Part shown: piece by piece, positions 11,954-25,206 of the stretch
Position numbering within the stretch: the stretch's first letter is position 1
How the letters are laid out: every line of letters starts with the position of its first letter
Assembly: GCA_973851085.1 (NCBI GenBank)
Contig: OZ316775.1
Location: 9,610,001-9,674,000 of the forward strand
Source of the DNA: Ptychomitrium polyphyllum
Lineage: Eukaryota
Direction of reading: 5' to 3'
Length of the DNA stretch: 64,000 bases
Notes under the pieces: generated by a model
Database searches by the model: none
The model's input: the letters and a program-made list of their open reading frames with translations, nothing else
Told to the model about the DNA's origin: nothing
Made by a program: the position numbers and the translations under genes

Positions 11954-14900
11954 TCAGGCCTTCACGTACTTGTCCACATAACCCTGCAGTCACAGGCCCC
12001 ACTACTGAGTCTAAGATAATGAATGCCCACTTCTCACAAAATCTATAACCCAGCCAGAAATATTCAACTCAGTGAACTTGAAACGAATATCAGATATTCT
12101 TAGATATTTTTAGATATTATCCATCTTAATATCCAACCTATGTCCCTTACCACATGTCAAATGCGGAACCTTCAATATAGTTTAGTATGCAACTTGATAG
12201 TATAATTGGTGGCATCGTGTCTAACCTGAACAAGTTTTGCAATCTTTGGTCTTGCATTCACCATGTAGGTAGCCACCTTCTCCTCGGTATTAGGAACCTG
12301 GTGTGGCTTAATAGCGCTCAGGACCTTGTCAACAGCTTTCTTAGCAATTGTCTTAAAGGCCTCTTTGCTCATCTGACCCTCTCGCCATGTTGGCTTCAGT
12401 GTTTCCTTCACATGCTCTGCTACTGCCGTTCTCAGAAGGGTTAAACCCCTTACTTTATGATCTTCTTTGTCACTCTTATAATCCTTATCTCGCTTGCTCC
12501 TCTTGTCCGCTCTTTTTTCACTCTTGTTGGTCTCACCTGGGCTCCAGCTCTGTGGTCCTTCTGGCGCTGGGCTAACATTCTCGAGATTTGCAACACTTGG
12601 ATTGTCTTGCTGTGGTGGTGCTTCAGTCCCTTGCTGTGGCAGCACCGAAGTATTGCTTCCATGTGCAACAAGTACTGGGCTTACACTCTCCATCACCAAC
12701 CTTGAACCAGGTCCTGGACTCACGTTCTCCATATGGTGGTGGCCAGGTAGGCCTGGACTAACGCTTTCTAGGATGACATCATCCATGTGCATACTGGTCC
12801 CGTTTCCACCGCTGCCTTTCCAATGATCTACGTGAGGCCTTGATACAGTCGAAGCATTATTTTCTCCCGCTTTTAGCCCAGCGCCTCCTGGACCAGGGGG
12901 TCCTGGTTCTGGACGACCTGACATCATATTAAATTGTCCACCTGATTGCCCCACCTGGGTTTGCTGCGGTAATTGATATTGAGGTAAAGCACTCATATAT
13001 GTAGTCGGAGGAGGAGGAGGAGGGGGCGGAAACGAATAGCTTGATACTCCCGATGCCTAAAATCAATGAAATACCAACTTTCAAATCGTTACTTAATCCT
13101 AGACATATATCTAGACAGCAGCCACAAAATATGGGGTAATATAAAACAATAAGGTAAAGATGTTATGATAGGCCAAGCAGTACAGATAGCATACACCAAC
13201 ATCACACCTGTACAGGCTGCACGGAATAAGCCATGCTTGCCGGTGCTGCTGTTAGTGTTGACTGCCACGTGTAGCCAGACCTGGATATCGGAGCTACAGA
13301 CTGACCACCAACTGGTTGATGAGATAAACCTGGCTGTTGTATACCAATACTTACATAAGAAGGCTGGTGAATCATTTGGAGACGATGGCTTTGATTCAAC
13401 GGAGGAGGTGGTGGAGGAGGCGGCAAGTGATTGAACCCAGATTGTGAAGGAAGGTAGCCCATGCTGAATGGGTGTTGCTGTTGTGGCAAGGAAGAGGGTG
13501 GAAAGCCTTGGGAGAGTGGCAATGGTGGTGGAGGCGGCGGCAACTGCGACAATGAAGGTGGAGGTAGACCTCCAGGATCTCCAGAATAAGGCGCTTGAGT
13601 TGAGGACAAAGATGCAGTACCACCTGCGAGATGACTTGGTTCCAAACTGCCTGTCACTTTAGACTCCTGCTGAAACTTGTCATTGGCTTCTTTATCACTA
13701 GGTTTAGCTCCAAAATCATCTCCGTAATCACTCACAGGCGAAGTCTCAGGTTGTTCTCGCGCTAATTGATCGAAAGATTTTGGTGCTTCTTTGTTGTGGG
13801 CTTTTTCTTTCTCATCACTAGGTTCCCATCCTCTGCGTGTACGTGGAGTTTCTTCACCCCAGCTAGATCTGCTGCTGCCACCACCATGGCTACGACCACC
13901 ATCGTGACTTTCCTGGCGATCATCTTGTCTGCTTCCTCGTCCTCCACGACCTCCACCTCTCTCATGTCGCCCTTCAGCCGAGGAACCATTAGTAGTGTCC
14001 AGATGTAGAAAACGGCAGGAATTGCCCCTTTTGCAGCGTCCCCTGGCGAAATCAAGGCATACAGGTGGGTCCCGGCCTCCATCACGGTCACCCCTTCCAC
14101 CCCTCCTCCCACCACGGTCACTCCGACCTTGGTACCCCCGATCCCAACCTCTTCCACCATCGCCTCCCCGACGAGAATCCCGAACAGGAGGTGACTTACT
14201 CCAGCTCCGCCTTCGTCTTGGTGAGCGGCTGAAAGCAAGTTACATGACTGAATGTTCACGTAGACAAAATCCTTGCATGAACTTTGCACACTCAAGTCGC
14301 ACCAACGCTACCAAAGGGTTTATACCACTTTTAACTGCGTAACTGTTTGCTTATAGAAAGAGGGAACTAATACAATGAACAACAAAATACCATCAACCTC
14401 TGTACAAAACGCCATATTTCTAAAATGATAGTGTAACTGTCGACAAACCCTCAAATAGCAACTGAACAGTAAAATCAACATAAATATGACGATATATAAG
14501 CATGTAAAGCACGTTACAAACCTCCGTGAACGACTCCACCTGCCATGCCGTCTTGGAGACTTACTCCTACTCCGTCTTCGTCTTCGGGATGCTGGAGATC
14601 TGCTCCTGCTCCTACTTCCACTTCCACTTCTTCTCCTGTCATACTGTGAGTCTTCAGCATCACTCTCACTCCCTCCAGGCCGTATGAATCTCCCAAATTC
14701 ATCAACAGTGGGAGGTCTATTACCAGGGTCTAGTTCAGAAACACCTCTTTGTTGCTTTGACACCCTTGGAGACACATCGCGAGTTCTTGAGTCTTCTAAT
14801 CTTGATGGAGAGTCCCTAGGTCTTCTATTATCTGAGTTCCTTGTTTTCCTAACCTCTGACCTTAACGGAGAATCCTTGTGTTGATCTCTATCAGACCTAG

Positions 14901-16510
14901 TCAGAAGGTCTGTCGGTTTCCTGTCCTCCAATATGGTATCCTTTGATAGAGAATCATTAGCACCTTCTCTACCATGCTCACTACAATCATCCCTCTCGGG
15001 AGTTACAGCTTCCAACCTGTCTTCCAGTTCTGGCCTTTCAGCCTCTTTCTTGTGCGGACTAACAGGATCTTGTTCAGAGGCCTTCATTGGTACAGGAACT
15101 ATATCAACAGGAGACGTGGCCCTTCGTGACCTCTCTTGCTGAAGAGATTGGTCTCGAGGACCCCAGCGAGAGACTCGAGAAGAGCCTCTACTTCTATGGC
15201 CTTGACCAGCTGCTGCAGAAGCTTCTTGTTCATGTGAAACAAGCGGCGCTGCTTGCCTGGGACTAAGCATTGGTGTCACATCTTCCATTGCTGGTCTGTC
15301 AAACCCTGTCCGACGCCGTGTATCTGTAGAGAGCAGAATTCCAGCCCGAGGCCCCCAAAATGGTAAAAAATTAAAATTAAAATTTTTAAAAATATATTAA
15401 AAAAAAAAAAAAAACTCTAGCACTACAAACCACGACAAATTGAAGCCCCGAGAGGTCAAGGTGTACACTGTTAAAAAAGTTGAAAGACCAGAATTGTCAC
15501 ATTTATACCTTTCCTTTTTGGTAACTCGTCAGAGGCAGTATCTGAATGAGGTCTAGAAGAGACTGCCACCTGAGATGGCAACTGAGAAGGAGTTTGAGAG
15601 GCAGTGGCAGAATTGCCTTGATAAGACACACTTAGAGGAGTAGGTACTCTGGGGTTCTGCGCACCCTGTGGTCGCATATTAGTCTCCACCCTTGATGGTA
15701 ATGCTGTCTCGTTCTTTGAATGTTGACTAGACGCCAGTTCTTTAGCCTGCTCACTTTCCTGTTCTACAATTTGAGGAGGCTCCTCAAAATCATCTGCACG
15801 AAAATGAACATGTTTAAAATGAAGTTGTTACAAGCCGCAAAGGTTGCCCAAGACAATACTTCAATAGGAAAACCGCATTATGCACCAAATAGAAGAGTAA
15901 AATCCTCATTTCCAAGTGACAAGAGTTAAGAGGTTAGACTCTGATCAAGAATGACACTGTCTTTTAGCTCGATCTCCAGAGACATTGGATAAATCCACAT
16001 ACCTTCCATATCCATGTCGGATCCGTTGGGAGAGAGAGGAGCTTCCTTAACAGGACTTGTAGCATCTCTATCCTTGGCGGCTATCAAGCATCTCTTTCTC
16101 CACTCATAGAATGCCTTTCCGATTGCAGCTTCTGTGCCAGGTTCACCCCCAAAAAGAAATCCAAATTTAGGATCATCAGCCTGCTTTTGCCGTGCCATAT
16201 CCTCAAATTGGGGTCCATTCTTCGCCACAAAACCAGACAAGATCTCAATATTCTTCAGCATCTCTATATCTCGTGGCGCCAAAGGTGCATCGTCGGCAAC
16301 TCGCTGTTGAGCACCATATCCAGAAACTTGTGGTAATGGAGGCATGGGATCAGTTGGTGGGATTCCAGGATGAGGATGTGGCGGAGGTCCAGCCCAACGC
16401 TGAGGGCCAGGATAACCAGGATACTGACCAGAATAATGTTGAGAGTGTCCAGGTGGAGGAAATCTCTGTCCAACAAGACCAGAAACACCAGGACTTCCTC
16501 TTCCTTGCAT
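11954..16510 (-). CDS. SURP/SWAP + RS-rich + CCCH zinc finger + Pro-rich + C-terminal SRI-like domain protein (plant C3H38/C3H55-like), ~1158 aa
   Basis: Exons 16510-16003, 15793-15509, 15323-14522, 14228-13208, 13056-12226 and 11983-11954 sum to 3477 nt in frame. SURP: IEILSGFVAKNGPQFEDMARQKQADDPKFGFLF. RS block: RSRSRSPASRRRRRSRSKSP. CCCH: CLDFARGRCKRGNSCRFLH. C-terminus: VAEHVKETLKPTWREGQMSKEAFKTIAKKAVDKV...KIAKLVQGYVDKY. Confidence 0.9.
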
Positions 16511-16523
16511 GCCAAATCCTCAA

Positions 16524-16543
16524 CCCTAAACCCTAAACCTAAA
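16524..16543 (-). promoter_or_regulatory. Tandem telomere-like repeats/telo-box (TTTAGG-TTTAGGG-TTTAGGG) 13 nt upstream of the start codon
   Basis: The + strand reads ccctaaa ccctaaa cctaaa directly 5' of the minus-strand ATG at 16510. Confidence 0.6.
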
Positions 16544-18332
16544 GCCCTGGCCGGAACATTTACACTCTTGCAGAAGAGCTCAACCAAACCACTTCTTATT
16601 ATCCTGACATAGGCCGAGAATTGCAAATCTGTGTATACAACGAATAGAACAAGTTAGGTGTGTGCGTCAAAGCACACCCTGCAACATGTGAACTCAAAAC
16701 TCAAGAAAACTGAAGCAAGCTGGATTAATCATATCTAATGTACGCCCACAGACTACGTTTACTTCCGTCACAAAACATAAGAGTTCTCATGAATATGTCA
16801 CTCAAATCTCAACAATTAAGGCATACACGAGAATAAGAAATGCACCCCTTCTGACTATTGATTTCATAAGACATCATACCTCCTCTGGCTAGACAACATG
16901 GTTCAAGCTCCTCTTGCCTGCAGCAGCAAGTGGAATACTAACTCCTACTGTGGTGATTGAGAAGTATCCTGCAGCAAAGGGCAAAAATAATGAGACGCCA
17001 AGAGTCAAGAACTAAATCGCCGCCTGCGAACCACACGAACTGGACAGAGCGCTCAAGTTTGGACTAATACCAACACCCGGACTAGCCACCTGCCGCAATA
17101 ACCGAAAGATCACTAATTCCAAAACCCAACCATCAGTTTGTAGCCTCCGTCCCCAGAAAACGTCAAAATGCCTACAACTCCCGTCAACGCGACGCCTGGT
17201 CAAGCAAAGCGTGGACATCTGCCTAAGAATCAAACACTTATCTCCCACATTTTTTTCCGGATAAAGGTGCAACTCGGATACGATTCTAATTCTCACCCCG
17301 CGGAAACCCACTAGAGATTAAGACCAAAGACAACTAATCACTTACTTCGCAGAACGTCAATGTCTCCCAATACTTATCAATCACTAACGGGCACTGCAGA
17401 CCTAATAGGTCGACCTAGGACGGAAAAAACTACCCTCCGGTTGCCCCATGTATTTGATCAATTAAAGCCACAACGGCGTGAGAACCACTGCAGACCGAAG
17501 GGCATGCCCGCCAACCATCAAAATGGCAAATATCATGGGCATCACCGACGCCATTAGCTAAGCCAAAAAAAGCTAAGAAAAAATTGCATCTGCTCGAAAC
17601 GCGCGCTATGCGTGAACAGTCAAACCCTTCTGAGCCCTCGTGCTACACGATAACTAATGGCCATTCTAGTGCAGGAAAACGAGGGGAGAAAAAGGGAATT
17701 ATTTTTAAAAAAACCAGTTTGTCGGTGAATGGAAAAAAGGGACAGGCGCTGAAAACGCATAGATCCACGCTCGCCCTTGCAACACTCCCGCAATGACCAG
17801 AACAATAATCACTCACGCTCACGCCCGTCACCTACCACTACCGAGTGATCAATTATCGAAAAACCTAATCTTCCGAGAAATCAACAGCGAATGCCCTCCA
17901 CCAGGTGTAGACACTCCGCGCCTGCCCCGCCCTGTCTATCCCCCTTCCGCTACCTCCACTCTCCAACACCACGCCCCACGCGAGTCGTAACATCGCCACA
18001 TACCTGAGTGCACTCAATGGCAGCCCGCGCCCGCGGATCCGAGCCGCCACCCGCCACGGCGAACCCTAGGCACCCGCTGCCTCCGCAACGCTCACCACCA
18101 CCGCTCTCACCTGCCCTCTCCACAGTCTATCCCTACACTCCACACATTCCTCCACCTCCAGTGACGCGAGGCTCCCGCCACGACTCGACCTCGCCACCAA
18201 TCCAAAAACTTTCAACGAAACGAGAATAGAAAAGAAGAAGACCTCCCGACACTGTAGATGTTGATGTTTCTTTGGACCAGTTGGCTGTGTCAACGACAAT
18301 GCGTTGCAAAGAAAGAGAACAACAGAGCGCAA

Positions 18333-18425
18333 ACACACACAAATACACACGCACGCACACACACACTCACACTCACACTCACACATACACACAGATACTC
18401 GCTCCACGGAGCTCTCTCTCTCGCT
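18333..18425. repeat. Imperfect (CA)n/(CACACT)n plus (CT)n microsatellite, probably in the 5' leader of the CCCH gene
   Basis: acacacacaaatacacacgcacgcacacacacactcacactcacactcacacatacacac...ctctctctctc. A minus-strand splice donor (CAG|GTATGT) lies at ~18003. Confidence 0.85.
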
Positions 18426-19370
18426 CTGCAATCCGACTGCGTCGCAGCACTGCCTCCGCTCGTCCCTTCCCTGCACTCTCTCAATAAACCAAAAAACCGT
18501 CATCTCACACCACAACCAACCAACTATCTATCTCTCGCGTACAGTTCTCATTATGAAATCTACATCGCGTATGAACGATCGTCGATCTCTATCGCACGTG
18601 TCTGATTTTTATGTTCTTTACCAGCACTACGTGAAAGAGATCCACAACCGTTCAATAGCGCGTGTTGATTTCGAAAACCAAAATGTAGAACTCTGGTAGA
18701 TTTCAAATCCGCTGTGGTGATGCAGTGACGGCTTCTGGGCTGATTAGGCTGTGGAATGTGGCCGTGGGTTGTGGAGTGTGAAGGGATGTGAAGGGAACAA
18801 TAGGGGACTTTTAAAGGAACGAGGAAGCGTACCAGCTACAGTGATGGCAGGGCTGACAGGTGGCTGTACCAGGGGTGGAGATGCCCAGTGAAGATGCCTC
18901 CGCATGGCCATTCGAGTCCCGGCGTCCGACGAATTATGACGGGCGCCTGTATGTTGTGGGCAGTGGTGAGGTTTCCTTTTCTTCGTTTCCCTCAGGCGGA
19001 GGGTTAAACTCACTTTCATTTCTTCCAACATAATTTGATTCTTGAAGGTTGTCTTGTGAAGGTTGTAAGAAAGACACGAAGAGCATTAATAATATGTACA
19101 AAAATCTTCTTAAAACATGTATGAGATCATTAAAGGTTGTTAAACTAATGATTAGTAGATGGATTTTATTTTTTAAAATACAATAATATGAGGAATATAT
19201 GGATTTGATTCCTTGGATTATAAATTATTTGATTTTTTTATATTTTATTTAGGTCTTTAATTGGAAATTGATCATTTTAATTAATTTTTGAACTTCTTTG
19301 TGAATTATTTTCTTCTTGAATTCTGAAAGCAAACTTCCTTCCTTCATTATCATATCTCTCTTAATCTTAA

Positions 19371-19490
19371 TTTTTAGGTTTTATACAAAGTAAAAAGAAA
19401 CTTTATAGACCCGTCCCGTCCGTCCGTCCGCATATATTAGTTTTGGGACTGTACACCCAAAACCGTCACCGTACCCAAAACGGTGAGAGA
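19371..19490 (+). mobile_element. Possible 5' end of a non-autonomous Helentron/HINE (DINE-1-like) element
   Basis: A T-tract is followed by an imperfect inverted repeat (ggttttatacaaag...ctttatagacc), a GTCC microsatellite (ccgtcccgtccgtccgtccg) and a perfect 7-bp stem TCACCGT-N7-ACGGTGA (19466-19486). Confidence 0.35.
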
Positions 19491-22400
19491 ATGTTAACGG
19501 AGAGAGCAACTCTGCTTCCAAGCTTGCATCTGGACCTGGCTATGGCACATGGCGCCCTCCACGCCCTTTACCCAAGGTCCGCAACATGTCTTCAACTTTT
19601 GCACGACGTGTGATGTGGATCTTCGTCCTGAGGATCTTTGAAGCCCATTTCGCCTATTTCTGGGCCACTGTTGGTTTAGTTCGGAGCCAATTTTGTGTGC
19701 ACTTCAGCCCCATTCTGTGTCTGTCTGGATCGGGGACCGGTTGTGTTCCGAGCCTCGCGATTGTTGCTGTTTGCGGGTGATTGAGTGATTTGGATGGGAT
19801 TTGAGTGATCTCAACAGCTCCCTGTAATCGGATCTTTAGCAAGGATAGTATGAATGCGGAATTGCTAGTAGGTGAAGCTCCGGTATCTGCATCAAACGTT
19901 TCCATGACCTTGATCTCCTGGGGTTGGACTTAGGGTTCCAGTTGACGCGCTGTTAGGGTTTGGTTTTTTGGTGTGGTGGGGGTTGACGTTCTTGTTTCGG
20001 CTACACTGTGGGGTTGTTGATGATTTCTTGCTTTATCACTGCATCTACAGAGCAACAGAACGTGTTGGAGCTTCCGCAATCGCAAACCTCCATACTTGAG
20101 AGGACGCTCTTTTGATGGTGAGTTGTCGTAGATCTTTGGCTTTCTGGGGTTTCATCTGTTTCTTGCTGATGGTCAGCTTGTATAGTTTGTTGCTGCCGCT
20201 GCTCCTTAGTCCAACTTGTCTTAACCCTCTTTTGTGATGAAACGCATGTACCCTATATGACAAGAAACGATGGATGTCATATAAACATCCTGTCTCACTC
20301 TTCAATGGAAATCAGAACACTGTCAGACTTGTGTATTCTTGTCTCGGTCCTACATTCCATTTATTCAAATTTCAAATGATTGACAAATCCAAACTCGTGT
20401 TTAAGCCATCATTGCTTACCAAATTCATCTGTTATAATATGTTAACTCTTTGGTTGATTATGCAATACTTGTACAGGTTGAATTTCACAATAGTTTTATA
20501 CTAGTATTGATAAGCATTTAAAGAAGTTATGATTATAAAACCATAATATAATTATGATTTATAAAACCATAATTGCTAATTTGAACATGGATTTTCTTAA
20601 ATATGTTGTTCTTTTGAAGTTTATAATGTTGAACGAGTTTTATTTGAAGTCCATCATATTAAACTTTCAAAATAATAATGGCTTAACATTTTCAAATTCT
20701 AATCATTTTGACAACTTTTAGGACTTCCATCATCTTAAAATATCTTTTTAAATTTTGTTATCAAAAATAGTGTTTTATGATGTTTTATAAAATCTTGTAA
20801 TGGATTTGTATAACAAATGTGTGTGTGTATATACAAACATACATATATATTGTATGTATGTATGTATGTATTAAAAAATTATATTTTTAATATATTGTAA
20901 ATTACATAAAGAAAAAATATATATCAAAAGCAAAGATTGCATTTAAGAGTTGAGCAAATAAGAGATGTTTTTTTTTTATGGAATCGATAAAAATTTACAA
21001 ACTCTTGAATATTTTTCTTAAAATAATTTAATGACTTGAGAATATATCAATCAATTATAGTTTTAATAATAAAATATTATATTGTAATTTTAATCATTGG
21101 AAGAAACCTAAAAATTTAGCAAATACTCTACATTCATATTTCTAAAGAATATATTTGTAAAATAGTATTTAACAAAATTCATCATTAATGAATATACCAT
21201 TTAATATATTAATAACAAATTATATCAAAAATAATGAAGACAACCTTATTTGATTTTCTAATTGATAATATAAGTCTGTATTGACATCTAACATTCATAC
21301 AATCCAACATCATTCAATAAAATATTATCCTAAGATATAATATTATTGAGAATGTAATTTATTATATTTAATATATTGAATAAAATAGATATTTATTTTA
21401 CATAAGATAAACAAATGAAAAAAAATGGATGTTTTATTTAGAATATTCAAAAACTAGGAATATGAATACAAATATATTCATATTAGTATTTTAATATTAA
21501 TATTAGTATACAACTTATATAACCTATTGATATATTACTATCTTATAACTACAATTTAATAATCATCATAATACAAAATAATAATTATTTACCAAATATT
21601 ATAATAAAAGTTTTGTTCTCAACAAATATAAATAACAAATCTAAAAAGTTATAGTACTTATGAAAAAGAAATGAAAAAAAAAAATCAAAATTATATCAAA
21701 TGAATTCATCAAAATTATTTTTATCATTAATTTTGATAGTAGTTTGTTTATTTTTTTATACACAATATTGATATATATATAATTTTTTTTGACCTATGTA
21801 AATGATACCATTTATACAAGGTGACTATATTAATTACATACAAAAATCAAAATACATAACCATATATAAAAATTTAATAATTAAAAGTTTTATTAATAAA
21901 AATTCTTTTAATATTGTGGTTCTAAAATGTAAATTGAAAATACAAGTTTTTTGGAAATGAAATAAAGCATCTCAACAATTAAAATTTAATCTACATGTAA
22001 AACATCTGATTTTAAAATCATGAATAAATTAAAGTGTAAAATGCTTTACTTTATTAAATTAGACATTTAGAGATATAAGAATAAAGTCATTTAATCAAGT
22101 AAATACCTAAAATAGTAATTGTGAGGCATGTGATTGTACAAAAGAAATTCTTGAAGATCAAATGGACATTACCAAAATCTACATTTTTGAAAATTGGAAG
22201 TTATATAGAAAGATTTTTTTTAAAAAAAATACTACATTTTGCTTTAATATTAGCATATATCACGCATGAGATTGTAACTTTTGTAATAAACAATATGAAT
22301 ATAAGAAATTAGAATAGCGTAATTTTATCTTGGTACTATGTGGTAATTATAATTAAATAATTATTTAGCGCAAATTGAGGCTATGGCTTAAAATAAAATT

Positions 22401-23428
22401 ATTTTAACAATAATCAATAGAAACAACATACAAGTAAGTCAAGGCTTGTTTTGTTTGCATATAAAAAATAGATACTAGATTTAGAATGAAGACTATATCT
22501 TTTTGTTGAAGAATAATTTACTTGAGTTTATTGTCCCCTTACATTTAATACAACAATTATTACATTGTACATTTATTCTTAAATATATGATTTTTATTAG
22601 TACAATGTTAAACAAATCAATTGCTCTTAGTAAGAGACTCCTTCTAGAATAACTTTTGATATAATAGCTCTGAAACTTTTCCTAACAATAATCATCCCAT
22701 CAAATTAGTGTTGTTGTGAGAAGTCTCTTCTATCGTTTATGCACTTATAAAATTCCAACAAGAAGGATCATATGTCAAAAGATATCACTTCATTTTTGTG
22801 TTTTATGTTTTCACATACCTTACCAACATGGAGCCACTTGCAATGCAATGGAATACAACAGATAAGAGTATAATGGATGTAAAGTTGGAATGGCTTTGTG
22901 ACAAAGTTGAAATGCAATGGCACCTGCTTGTTGGGTCTTATTTTAAATCTTTTAAGTAGTATGAAAAAAAGTACTTTTTCCCAACTGGGCACATAACAAG
23001 GTATGGTTGGCAGTGAACTGCCGCAAACAGTTAAGTTGCCTCTTCTGATAGTTATCAAAAATATCTGTTATCGGGGATACTATGCCTTCACTATCGGAAT
23101 GCATCGTGTGGTTTCATTCCTCTTAACCGCCCTGAACTTACCATCCCCTCCGGACAGCCCATCTCCACACAAGTAAACACCATCCCACTCCCTCCATTGA
23201 TTCCTGTTGGCCTCTGCATTGCTCCCAAGGAAGTCCAGAGACTCGGTACCAAACTGCAGGCGAAGAGGAAGGAGCAAAGTTGAAGAAGACGGGAGAAAGT
23301 AAAACCAGAAAGTCTAGTATGTTGGAAGAACAAGCATGACGACTGAAAGCGGGGCGTGAAGAGGTCGTCGATCGCAACATGCTTGACGGTGCTGATCGGA
23401 GTGCCGAATTTTCAGCTGCTCTGTGAAG

Positions 23429-25206
23429 ATGCATAGCCTTGTCTTCAAGCGGTTGGAGTTGCCGAAGAAGATGGACAAGGAGGGGGAGAATGACAAGGCT
23501 GACTCCGAGAGGGGGATGGGAGATATGTTCACCACGGATGACTGTCAGTCGTGTACCTTGGAGGCCACCTCACAGCAGAACTTCGTTGCACGGTTGAGAA
23601 TGGATTCCCTTCGCCACAGCACTCTTCCACACTCTTCCACTTGCAGCTATGGGATTCAGGCACTCATCAACAACGTGCATCGAGGCTACATCAATGACCC
23701 TGATGAGGATGACCCTGACAAGATGGGCACCATTACAGAGGAATCGTCTCGGTGGCAGGAGTCCGAGATTCTTAGGTCCTTGCTTTTCCCGCTTCTGTTA
23801 CATACGAGAAATTAGTATAAAGAGTTAATCAATTCTTGAAGGGAAATTGATTTTTTGGCAAAACCAAGAAGTCGGTGGTGGGAGAGTTGAATATGAGGAG
23901 TTGAGTTTGGTGAAGATGATGACCTAACGATGGGATTTAATCAATACTTTTACGTGTGTTTTGTGGCTCTTTCTGTGGCAGACAGTGGAAACGAAAGAAG
24001 GAAGCGGAGCTGCAGGAAAGGGAGAGACAGTCGCAAGATAAGCAAGATAAGGTGAGCCCTAATGCTTCAGTACCTGTCGTCTTTGGACAGCGGAAGGGTC
24101 ATTTAAAAGGGAATCTCGGTTGGGTTGCGACACCGACTCGTGGCTGGTTACTGGTTGCTAGGAGTTGAGATCTGTTCGAATGTTACCGAGTCTTTCAGAA
24201 CAATCATGAGGAATTGCAAAGATTTGAAAATGGTCTGGTTTTGTTGACAGATTCTCGAGCAGGCGGCAATTGAGCGAGAGAATTTTTATAAGGAGAGAGA
24301 AGCACAAATTGAGGGGAAGAAACGACTGAATAGGTGAGGTTGCGAAAAAATCCCTGTAGAAACGTTGGAGGTGGGATTCGGTCACGTACATTTTCTACGT
24401 TAGACTTTCAAATTGGTTGGCATTCAATGATGGTCTACTAATAATGGATTCACTTCTGAACTTGCCTTCTACGGAGTAAACAAGTCTTGTGATATTGATG
24501 GATGCTGTCAGAGAGAGGGAAACAAAATACCACGCCGACGTAGAAGCAAAGCAGAAGCTGGTGGAGGGGAACTTGTGGGAGGCGGTGGCATCTCTCATTG
24601 ACCTCAACGGCGAAGTCGATAGAAAGTCGACAACTGGCTCTGGAAAGTCTCCCAAGTCGATCGTGGAGCTCCCAACTCCAAAGAGGTTTAGAGATTATTC
24701 GCCCAAGCCCACGAACACAAAGAAAACTGCCGATTTGTCACGCATGCGAGAGGTACGGATATAACCTCTTCGGTTTTACAAGGATTTCATTAATGTTAAC
24801 AGCAGTTTCAAGCAGTCTTTGTCAGAAATCTAACAAGGCGATAATAACTTGTGAGGTCACTTGAAGTATACCTTGTATTACTAGCTTCTTCACAGACCTG
24901 AAATACCCATGCATTCAGAATTTTCGCATATATTAAAAATCATGTCAGAAGATCGTCACAAAGGTTTTCGAGAATCGTTCACAGAATTTCTTTTCGAATT
25001 CTTTGACACAAATTTTTTGAAATTCCTCTCTCAATTCTGTTATTTTACACTACGTAAATGCTTCGAGCTCCACAATCAGTCTTGGTGTGAACGTGTGCTA
25101 ATATGAGTTGGTTAAGTAGAAACTAAGAAACGATTATACTAAATGCATGGTATAATAACCTCCACAGATTCTCTTGAAACTTCAGCATCAAGCATTGGTG
25201 CGTTAG
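23429..25206 (+). CDS. CLC: Clathrin light chain-like protein (divergent), ~259 aa
   Basis: Exons 23429-23775, 23982-24051, 24251-24333, 24512-24752 and 25168-25206 (780 nt, in frame). The translation ILRQWKRKKEAELQERERQ...ILEQAAIERENFYKEREAQIEGKKRLNRERE...LWEAVASLID...TADLSRMREILLKLQH matches the clathrin light chain core and the C-terminal DLSRMR-ILLKL motif. The start codon is uncertain (23429 or 23471). Confidence 0.85.

Noticed and set aside
13762..14884. Several overlapping alternative-frame and antisense ORFs
   Set aside because: They are by-products of the low-complexity RS/RGG exons of the CCCH gene.
18066..18699. Cys/Val- or His/Thr-rich ORFs suggesting metal-binding peptides
   Set aside because: They are translations of a (CA)/(TG) microsatellite, kept only as a possible uORF.
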